From contig NW_003526948.1 of NCBI RefSeq assembly GCF_000181795.1, positions 1,596,206 through 1,660,205 of the forward strand: 64,000 bases of DNA, in the 5' to 3' direction. The position numbers and the translations under genes were made by a program. Source of the DNA: Trichinella spiralis (Eukaryota). Each line of letters starts with the position of its first letter. Positions within the stretch are counted from its first letter, which is position 1. Shown in pieces: positions 1 through 29,905 of the stretch. The notes below the pieces were generated by a model that was not told where the DNA came from, did no database searches, and was given only the letters and a program-made list of their open reading frames with translations.

Positions 1-306
1 AACAGAATGAATGACGTAAGCGAAAAGAAAATGGATCACTTTTATATTATATAGTTATTCAAAAATACCATCTCCAAGCTGAATCAATCATTCGTGACCA
101 TTAATATGCTTGTTATTTTTCTACTTCTTCAAAACGTTGCATACTTGCAAGCAGCTATTGTATTTTTGACAATTTCACTCTTCTCTCAGGCAAAAAAAGA
201 TACTCACTTGTTCAATATTTTTTCTATTAATTTTCAAATTCATTTAAAAAAATATACATTTTGCGATAAAAAAATTTCATTAAATTTATGGTTGTTACAC
301 TATCTG

Positions 307-944
307 CTACTTCATCTTTTGTGAAGCATTTAGAAAATCGATCATTTTTCGTTCGTTCGCTCGCTTGCATGTCGACGACGACGACACAATACAGCATATT
401 TTGATTGTATGAAAAAAACCACTTTCAATGGTAAAAAATCCATCATTATTTGATGCTTCTGGTATATTGAAAAGTATACTGGAGGAAGTGAAAAGCCTCT
501 TCAAATAAAAACAGGAAATTTTTAAACTCACTCCACCCTACTAATCAATTTTGCGCTTCCTCGAAGTTAAGCACCTCAAAATTATAAATAAATAAATACA
601 TCGCAAAATCAAAAAAGCAAAAGAAAAAGCTGTCCTTAACAAAGTAAATTCATTGGTGTCTATTGATGGAAAAGAAGAATAACAACAACTGCTGTTGACA
701 GCGTGTATATCTCTCAAAATAAATTTCCTTACTTCCACCCGCATTGCGTTGTAATTAACTACAAATTCTTCCGTCGTCAGAGGGAACATGCGTAACTGTA
801 AATTATTAAACAATTAAATATGCACTTGTAAAAATTGATTTTCGCTTTCAACTTCATCATCCGCCTTCAAACAGACAAAGAGTGGAAAGGCAGTAGTGTA
901 TATAGAAGAAGAAAATGAAGCTTCCATTCCAGGTTGAATTGCAA
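307..944 (-). CDS. Unknown multi-exon protein, partial; probably continues toward the window edge
   Basis: Canonical splice sites bound exon-like segments 944-825 (AIQPGMEASFSSSIYTTAFPLFVCLKADDEVESENQFLQ) and 795-733 (LRMFPLTTEEFVVNYNAMRVE), which join in frame. A further ORF segment lies at ~505-307. No family recognised. Confidence 0.4.
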
Positions 945-1363
945 CTGTGAAAATTCAGCCAAGTTTCAGCAACGGGTATAAACTGATCAACAATGCATGA
1001 TAATCATCATTGTGCTTTTCAAACGAATGCAATCATGCTTGAATGAATAAATGAATGAATTCATTATTCGTTTTCTTTTCTCCAGTGTTCAGTAGTGCTG
1101 ATTTGAATTTCAACCAAGAAATTCAAATTGTTTTCCTTCACCGATTTATTACTTCTCCTATACCAGAAATTTATACCCACAAACTGGAAGATACTGTGAA
1201 TACAACAAATTCACGCGCACACGTACACAGACAAGCAGAAATAAATACGAATACGGATACGGATACGGATACTACAAACGCAGACAAGGACGTAACATTC
1301 AAATAAAAAACACTCTCAATAAAAGAATAATTAAAAACACAAAGAAATAATTGCAAATTACCA

Positions 1364-20612
<19,249 letters not shown>

Positions 20613-21455
20613 CCTTAAAAAGAACTTTTTCAAGAACAACTGTTCAAATGTTTAAACGTAAATTATAATGTTTCACAATTAAAAACTGTGATGTAACTGA
20701 AATTACATTGCAAAAGAAATTTCCATTCATTTGGCATTATATGACTAAACATTAAAAAATTGCCAAAAAAATATATATGGTGCATTATTTTTTCTTAAAG
20801 TTACAAACTTATAAACTATTACATCAATGCAATTGCAGATTATAATTTATAATTGCTGTATTATAATTACAATAACGCTCCTCTTTCTTTATCATTTCAA
20901 GAATGCAATTTTAGAATTACTGTGCTTAAGAAAAAATTAAGTAGATGAAAAAATAGTCATCAAATATTTGCCTTTCTTTTAATTTAAACTTTGAAGAATA
21001 ATTTCAAATTTTACGTGTATATTTCTTTAATAATATTTGACTGAGCAAAAATACGTGAAAAATTTATTAGTTTTTATTTACATATTCAGTTATCTAATAT
21101 GCATATAAATTGCAAAATTATAAATTTCAGAATTATAAAATTTCAGAAAATTTTATTATTTAGTAGTAATGTAGCAAAAATTATAACTAGCTTTTGCGCA
21201 GTAACAAAAATAAACGAACATTTGAAAGTGAAAATAATTTGTGATAAACTATTCGTGAAAACGCAGTCATTCAGTTTAATATTTGAAATAAAAAATTATT
21301 TTTTTTTCAATACTACAAGTTCTATAATTTTTCCTCTGTTTTTTTTTCATATTTTTTATTCGTATGAATTTTTACCTCGACATCTCATACTGTAATACCG
21401 TAACCCGAGGATGTAAAGAGGACGGCCTTTTCACTTTGATCAAGTTTGGTTGGTC

Positions 21456-23764
21456 ATGAATTGTGAAAGCCGTGAAAAGGTGGCCTATGGTGAACAAGTG
21501 TTTCAATTTGGCAATTTTGAACGTACTTTTTCAAGCGGTTTCACTATGAGCGTGGGCGAAGAGGAGCAGCAAAATACTGAACACGGATTTACTATTGCTA
21601 ACAAAGTACATTTCATAAATTTATCTTTTGAGGATTTTGGTATGTTGGATACGGATTCGACGAAAGGATTATATGTTTTCAATAGTCAGAGAAATGAACG
21701 TAACAGTTCTGTGGGAATTGTTTTCACCTGCGTCAGGCGGTCAGAATCGGTCGAAACTTCATTCACAGTGGCAAAGGACACATTGGCCCTGGCATTGAAT
21801 TTTGAAGAGCCACGAACTGAAATAGAAAATGCTCTGTTCGTTGAAGATAAAAATGTTTTTAAATTTTATATTTCAACCGTAGGTCAAGGTGTTCCAGGTC
21901 GTACGGTTGATGTCGTGGAGGAGAAGAGTTGTGATAATGACGAAAAGGAGGAGGACGAGGAGGATGACGACGACGACGACGAAAACGTGGAGGAGGCAAG
22001 TTTCGAAGATAAGAATGATTGTGATTATAATTATGATGAAGCTGAAAAAGAAGAAGATGATGATGCTGATGATAAAGGTGATGATGATGGTGGGATGATG
22101 GTGATGACGACGACGACGACGACGACGACGATGATGATGATGATGACGACGACGATGAAGATGACGACGATGAGGATTACGTGGATGATGACGAAGATGA
22201 TAATGATGACAACGACGAAGATAAAAGTAGTGGCATATTCCTGAAAACCCGGCACAGAAATGGTCTGAGGAAAATGCGAAGATGTCGACGCCGACAGTAT
22301 GGAGATTTGTCAGGTTCAGGTTCGTTGGTCAGAAACGTCACTCGGGTTGTCTCAAGATCGCGTGGACGTGGGAATGTGCCGATGGTCGCTAGAAACACGA
22401 GACAACGTCGGCACGAATCCAAGCCGGTGCAGAGCGGCGACTGTCGGACCAACCCGTATTACGGGACTTCGAAATGCATACGCAGCAGGCCTTTCCGACC
22501 GTGCGTCTGCCGGCGCCATCCTTACCGTACCCCGGCGACGGTTTTGGCCATTTATCAACAGCTGCAACAGTTCGAGCAGCTTCCGCCCGAGATGGACAAT
22601 TCAAACGAGACGGCGTTGGCGATGTCGTCGGCCGCTGACGACTCCATGTTCGGCAGTGGGATTCGGAAGATGAAAGAGTCGGAGGAATTTCGTTTGGATT
22701 TTCGACATCTGCCGGCACCGTTGAAAGTCTCGTTTTGCCCGTTGGCTCGGGACCGTGAACCGCTGTTGTTGGTCATCTCAGGGCCGAGATTTTTGGTCTA
22801 CAAGTGGAACAATCGGTCGGCACGGCTGGCGATGGAAATATCTTGCCAAGACGACAAGCTCACTTGCGGCGTGTGGGTGATCGGCACCAGTCCCCACTGT
22901 TCGACCATTGTGGTCGGCGGCAAGTTGGGCAATTTGTACATGTTGCGGGTCGACGACAAGCCGAGCAACCTTTTCCACGTCAGAGCCCACGACAACGAAA
23001 TCTGCGGTCTGGTCGAACTGCCCGAAAAGGTGGGTGCTTTTCTGAGTGCCAGCTTCGACGGCAGCTTGAAGATGTTCAGCGCTCGCACTGGTCGTTGCAT
23101 TCGAATTTTCCAACCTCTGCTCGAAGTATTCGAAGGTATTACTTGCACCGATTTGAACCTTAGGCAGTTTTGGATCGCGTTCGGCGGCGAATTGCATTCG
23201 GTCAATTTCGTTTATGCCCAATTTGTCGACGACGAATTCCCCGACTCCGGCACCGGCACCATCAGCCTTTGGCCCTGCGAACGGATCCGCCCGCCCACCT
23301 ACGTCGGCCCGTACGTGTCGATCAAGGACATGCACCAGTGCAAGGTAAAGTGGATCCGCTGGATTGGGAAATTCATGGCCAGCTTGAGCGTCGACGGCCG
23401 CTTGCAGCTATGGTTACCGGACGTGGTGCACGCGGATCCGACGAGCCGGAGTTTCGTCATCGATCCGAAGCCGATATTTCACACCAATCACATATTCGGA
23501 CGTTACCGATTCAGCCATTTTGCCGTGAACGCGAGAAAAATGCTTCTGGCTGCCAGTTCGCTGACCAACGAAATTCGCATCTGGTCCCTGTACGGCTTGA
23601 TGGACGATGGGAGATTTAAATTGGTCTGGCGCAAGCAGATGGACGAAGAAATTACCGACATACAATTGAACAGTTGGGGCGACTACTTGGTCGTCTGCAC
23701 CAAGCCGATGTCGTTCATCGGCTGGAAAATTACAACCATCGACGCCGAAGGCAACTCAGTATAA
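21456..23764 (+). CDS. Divergent EED/ESC/MES-6-like WD40 protein with N-terminal domain, acidic tract and basic linker; intronless; apparent 1-nt frameshift at ~22092-22094
   Basis: The C-terminal ~350 aa is collinear with EED: KLTCGVW..TIVVGGKLGNL (~NFYTCAW..LLAVAGSRGII); AHDNEICGL..FLSASFDGSLKMF (~GHGNAINEL..LLSVSKDHALRLW); PYVSIKDMHQCKVKWIRWIGKFMASLSVDGRLQLWLP (~[37 protein letters not shown]); FSHFAVNARKMLLAASSLTNEIRIWSL (~[27 protein letters not shown]). ORF 21456-22093 and the frame from 22094 both read poly-Asp, and one added base gives a single 769-aa ORF. Confidence 0.75.
21935..22225 (+). repeat. GAT/GAC/GAA/GAG trinucleotide-rich tract encoding poly-Asp/Glu
   Basis: Directly visible imperfect (GAY)n runs. 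Confidence 0.9.
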
Positions 23765-24184
23765 AATAACGTGATGGTCGATTTTTGCACGGACAAATGC
23801 AAATTTCGAACCGTACTATGCAATACCTCTTCCAGTTATACCTTCAATCTCTATATAATGCTAATTTACACTGCCATGCCGTTGTTGAACATACATACCT
23901 CAAGCTTTATTGTTGTTATTTTGTTATTCGCAGTTTGCGCACGCCTCGTGTTGTGCTTTGTTTGTTTGTTTGTTTGTTTCATTCATTCACATTTTGCTGG
24001 TTTGGTGGTGGTTCTGTTTTTTTCGGTAAATAAACGAAACGAAACGAAATCTATGCATCCCTGTATTCATCATATCTTGGTTTCACAAAGTTATCTTTGG
24101 CAAGGTGCCCGTTTAGTGATGAAATACGAAATTTAATTTATCCCACTCTGAGCAGTTGAACATCAAATCACAACACAATAAACG

Positions 24185-25744
24185 CTACGGTTTCGGAAGA
24201 TTCAAATACATACAATAAAGATAGCCTTCAATAAACTTTAAACATGAAGCATAAAGCGTATTTAATGGATAATCCACTGCCCATCGATTATCGGACGGGC
24301 GACAGAACATACGACAATAACTCAATCCACCAGAAAAAGCACCATACTCGCCACAGCAATGTGTCACATCATTTCCACCTGATGCACAAATTAAAATCTC
24401 TCTTAAGTGATGAAATTTACAGCATCGCCTTTTATGAGCTTGTTTCAGCTTAAAATAAACATCGGAAATATTACTCGTTTTACCACATAAATGATATATA
24501 TTATTAATGGAACAAAAAAGACGATTCTTATTTCAAATACTTGCGTATAAGTAGTATCATATGAGCACAAGTCGTAGCAACCATCAGGAATGTCCATATT
24601 TTCACAGCAACGTCGGAAAATTCGAGACGCTTCTTCTTTAGACATTTGTGGAACTGTATGCACCAGCGGGTTGTCGAACCACACCCTACTCTGCAAATGG
24701 TCAAATTTAAGCACTTTTCAACTGCAGACAGACTCTGTTGCACATGTTATGAAAATATCTACTGTTTTTTCTGTCACCGTTTATTATTACAGTAATTATA
24801 AATTACTCATGTAAACATATTTAAAATAAAGAATAATATTTTAATATTTTCAATTGGATGCGCACAAACAAGTGCTAAATAACATCGAATCATTTTTTAC
24901 ATTTGTCCGCAGTTTAAATTATCATATTTTATGCAGTTTATGAAATGATTTCATTGAAAAACTATTTGTGTTCAATTTCTACAGATATCTAGTTTGACAA
25001 AAGATAGTCAGGATGTTAGTTTAAAAATACTGTAAAAAGAATGTTGATGTTTTGATCATTCGTACGATTTAAACTTTATGAGCCGGGCAACATTGCTATT
25101 GCATCAGTGCATATAATGCCATATTACAATTTGATGGACACTTTAATTAGTCATGTTAATAAATTACATAACACAGCTTGAGAAGTTATTGAATTAACGA
25201 GTGTCCAGTTCTGCAGTGTTAATTTAAAAAAAACTAGTTTTAAAAATGTTTGTCAATTTAAAAGGTGAACAAATGTATCGAAGTAATCCGTATAATTAGT
25301 AACAATAGGTTAACAGTAATATATTTTTTACGAATATTTTTAAAAAAGCACTTCACTTAAATGCAGTGCCATTACTTTTAACTTCACAGAATAAAATGTT
25401 GTTTACGACAGTTTAAATTTTACCACTGAGCAAATAATTACAGTTGTACTTTTTTTGAAAATAAACAACGAATATCCCGCATTCACATTTATAACAGTAT
25501 CTCCTCATTAACTTACATTAACAGTGGTAAAAACAGATCATTGAACAAAAAAAAAGTCAAACTGTCATTTCACCTCTGCAATACATTGTTTGCAATGTGC
25601 AATGCAGTGAGTGCTAAGTCTTGGATCCTCACAATACTCGCACGGTAGATACTGGCAAAGAATTACTTCAGCTTGTCCATACGCTATTAGCATAATAGAA
25701 ATGAAAACAATAATATATATCGAAGTCAACATTTCATTTTTCAT
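24185..25744 (-). CDS. Secreted cysteine-rich DB-module protein, 3 exons (25744-25574, 24690-24541, ~24448-24185)
   Basis: Signal peptide MKNEMLTSIYIIVFISIMLIAYGQA, then FRRCCENMDIPDGCYDLCSY..ILICASGGNDVTHCC..YCRMFCRP..CLKFIEGYLYC, the Cys pattern of the nematode/arthropod DB module. Phase-0 GT-AG junctions join in frame. Confidence 0.85.
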
Positions 25745-28144
25745 TCAATGAAGTCAGTTAAGACGGTTCTTTTTGAATATTATTATTCTTATTATTGTAT
25801 AATTATTAAAAATGAAGTATAATGGTTTATTGTTTCACTGTATATGTACCTTTCTTTGGTATACCAGTTGTAGTTGAGAACAAGATATTTGCTCTATATT
25901 TCCTGAGCAATATTTGAAAAATATTAGGTGAAGTTTGTTTTAAGAAATTATTTCAATCATTTCATGGCTTCAAAGTTGACAGATTAATTAACAATCAGAT
26001 GAAACAGAATTGAATGATGATGAAACCAATTTTGCTCAGTTTCATGAATGCCCCCATCCATGTATTATTCCCTTGTAGCTCATGTCGTGCAGTTTTTCTT
26101 TTTCTAAAAAATATACATTGACGTGTTCATGAGATGAAAATTATTTCAAGCAGTTCAACTAAATTAAGCATTTGTTATAACGTAATAACATTATCACACT
26201 GGTCACTCAATAGGACAAGTAGTTAGTTGTTAGGCCGAATGGGAAAAGCAGAATAAATTATGCTAAAACGACCATATCTATTACAAAATCACACACGATC
26301 GCAGATTGTTGTTCAGAGAATCGTGGTGATGCTGTTCATCGCGCGGAAATGAGCCATCGCGTCATTATCATTTGCTTTCCCGATAACGCTACCTTGCAGT
26401 TATATAGCTAATCTGTTGACCTGGACCCGTCGGATGATTGATAGCAATTTTTCGTTTACTTGCCCACGCCGTCCGCTTGCACACATAAACGCAAATTCGC
26501 CAATTAGTTCCACTCTATACTGTAACTAAAAAGCAACAAGATGTGGAATAAAAAAATTTGGCACTTTGCCAACAATACTGTAATACTGTAGTTTTTAAAA
26601 ATTCAAATTTCCACGTTGTTTACAGTATAGAATTTTGAAAACATTTTTTTCAATATTTTATCCGATGCAGTGTTGGGCATTTGACATTTTATTTAATTGT
26701 TAATTTAAGTTTACCACTAGAAAATAATATTATATGATAAATTTGAAATTTTATTGTTGAATTTTGATGAAAGCGGATGATTTCTCGAAATTAAAAAGTT
26801 TGGCAGCAATTTTCCATTAAGCTAAAAGAAATAATAATAATAATAATAATAATATGTGCAATCTATTATCGAATGTGTGCATTTGAATACCGCGTACCAG
26901 TTGCCAATTTGATCGTCCCATTATTCAAATTTGGTTGCTCGGTGACCACCGTCAGCGTGTATATATTCGTATTCGTATAATTTGTTTTTTCCACCATCAC
27001 GTTTCACACATCACAACCGACACTGTTTATTCAAAAGCAGCATCCAAACCGAAACTCGTCGGCTGTGACATTTTCGCTTGCCGTGACGCAGACTAATATT
27101 TTTCAAGCAATTCACGCAATTTTGCTCCTTCCATTCAATGCCGTCAAAGTAATAATATTCATATCACTTGAATGATAAACAATTTCTCCAAGTCGTACAT
27201 GAAAATCAGATCAGAGATAAATATTTGCATAAAGTTGGCGTCGTTCATTATACAGACCAGTCTTCAACTTTTACTGTATTTTTTCATCAAAATGTTTTTC
27301 CTATATTATTTTACTGAATTGCACGTTCAAACTTCAACAAATTTCCATTATCCAATACAATAATTAGTACTGAAAAAATATCAAATTATTCAATAGAGTA
27401 TTTATTATTAAAAAATGAATTTATTAAAATTTCAATAACTATAAATTTACTGAGCATGAAAAAAAAGCTTGTCGTAATTGTCCAAATAAAGCATCGACAA
27501 TGTGTAAATTCCAAACAGCTTTGTCACATTTTGCTATTGATAAAAGTTTTACACTGTTGAACATTGTTCCCATCAAAGCGATACCGGTTCTCAAGTGGTC
27601 GGATAGCTAGCGCAATTTTTTTTATGTTGCATCATTATTTAATCATAATAATTACTTTTGTCGATATTGCTTTTCACTGGTTAATAGTTTAATGAAATAT
27701 TTTATTCAAAACTAACAACTGGGATGAAAAATATTTAAAACTTTACGCTTGAAATTAATACTTTATTATCACATTTTCTACGATCAAAAAACATATTTTA
27801 TTTCATCCAGTTTCACGCAAAGACTTAAACCTATCAGATATTAATTTCTACATTAAAAACACATATTTTTACGAGCAAATCAACTGATTTAAAAATTTTC
27901 TCCATTTTATAGTTTTATCAATAATTACGAAATTGCGTCGAGCAATATTCGACACTGATGAAAGAATAATTTTATTTAATATTCACAAGTATATATATAA
28001 TTCATTGAAATAAACGATAAAATTCACTCTGCGCAGAACAAGTGCTTGCAATTGAAAAACAACAAGCATGAATAAATAAATGTTTCGAACACTTTGAAAC
28101 AATATCAAAACGATTAAAGTTCACATTGGTGGGTGGATTTGAAT

Positions 28145-29905
28145 TTATTCTTCTTCTTCTTCTTCCTTTGCCGAAATATTCTCATTTTCACCATTAGTTG
28201 TTCCACCTTTGCGGGATGTGGTGGAAGATTTGCGAAAACGATTGATCATAAAAACGCACATCAAAGGCATAATGAACAACAACGAAATGAGAATGTGACA
28301 AAAGCCCGAATAGAAGGTTAATGTAATGGGAAACAACGAATTGAATACAATCGACGCTAGCATACCAATTATTGCTTCAGCCATGGCGACAATTGCGAAG
28401 ATCTTACCTGAAGAAAACAGTTCCACTTATTCATTTGATTGTATAAAAAAAACAATACCAACCTTGTTCATGCACTGCAGTTTCATCTGACAGAATAAAT
28501 CGAAGCCCGGTAGCATTGAAGCGGTTGAACATGAAGAAAATCAAAGCTAAACATAAGATACTTTTTTTTGCTCATTTCCCACTAACTAACATATTAACAA
28601 TAACGACGAGTGTTTGGTATACTTATGCACGCAATCCATCCATTCGGTGATAGCCCAAGACACAAACAACCAAGAGATCGAGCTATTAATCCAATCGTTG
28701 CTAAAATAAGATCTGACAAACCTTTGGCTTTGAGCTGTGGATAAATGAGAAGCACCTGAAATGCAAAGTAGAATAAAATAAAAAAGATAATTGGGATAAA
28801 GTTGCCAAAATTTTACCATAAAAGAACCGGCACCATAATAAACACCGCGAAAGAAACCATATTCAGTGATCATCCAGTCAAATTTATGCTTGAAGTAATA
28901 GAACATAATACTCTGCGCACCTGCAATTATTCGGTTATTGTATACATATACATATAGATAGATAATAAAGATGTACGTATATACATACATATATATATCA
29001 TATATGTATGTATAGAAGAAAATAAATTACTGACCGCTGGATAGAAAATAAGAAAGACAAAAGGCAACCAATGATAAAATAATACGACAACGGCCATGGT
29101 CAGTTCGACGCTTGAAAACTGTCCGGTAAAGTTGCTTAAAATGATATGCAAATTTTTGAATGATCGTCAGAGTGACAAACGAAGCATGGTGGCCATTTTC
29201 AGATGCTTCTGCGGTGATTTGATCGTGATGTTTGGCAATGCGAAGGCAAAGGTAGGCCAAAATGACGACGTGGATGGCGGTGTTGATTGAAAAAATTATC
29301 AAATAAGAACAAGATCGATGCAACAAGCCGGCAGCAATAAATCCCAAGGTACCACCAAAACCGATGAACGCTTCTATAGTAGCTATGTGACAGCTATTTC
29401 GATTTTCCGCCGGAAGACGAGCGCAGAAGGAGAACATTGTGCCCAATATTGAACTGAATCCACCGAACAAGCCGAACAATATGTCGCTCAACAATATCAA
29501 ATAGATGTTCATTTTCATGCAAATCGACTGAATGATGTAGTTGATGTCGGACAATATCAGTCCAATGAATGGGAACATCAGAATTCGCTTGCGACTGTGA
29601 ATATCGCTCAAAGAGCCGCATACGGCTGTTACAAAAAGTGAAGGCAAAAGCAGACATACTGTCGAAAGTAAAAATGTGTGATTAGCCAACGTCTGGACTG
29701 GCAACGTGTCTTCGGTACTGTGCTCCTTGTCAGACCAGACGTCGGATGCATTTTTGTATATGGTGATGTAAGCTTTTTCGTAAATGAAAGCTTGCAACAC
29801 CGGAAAATGGACATAGCTGGTGAATGTGTACAAAAATATTGCCGGCTCGATGGTCATCTGCAGCAGAAATCGTTTCACCGCTTCACTGAAATTTGAAACA
29901 CGCAT
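28145..29905 (-). CDS. SLC46/PCFT-like MFS transporter, multi-exon
   Basis: N-terminal MTIEPAIFLY typical of SLC46; MFS motif A-like CGSLSDIHSRKRILMFPFIG; multiple TM segments; C-terminal GKIFAIVAMAEAI..FNSLFPITLTFYSGF. The start codon is uncertain because an AG acceptor near 29953 may indicate an upstream exon or trans-splicing. Confidence 0.85.

Noticed and set aside
22095..22244. Poly-Met/Thr C-terminus of ORF 21450-22244
   Set aside because: Off-frame reading of the poly-Asp tract after the frameshift.
22031..23665. Many overlapping and antisense ORFs across the WD40 gene
   Set aside because: Expected from the high GC and codon bias of the real ORF; no recognisable motifs.
25345..25373. 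Minus-strand AATGGCACTGCAT matching the 5' part of miR-228
   Set aside because: The 3' half diverges and there is no full-length precursor hairpin.
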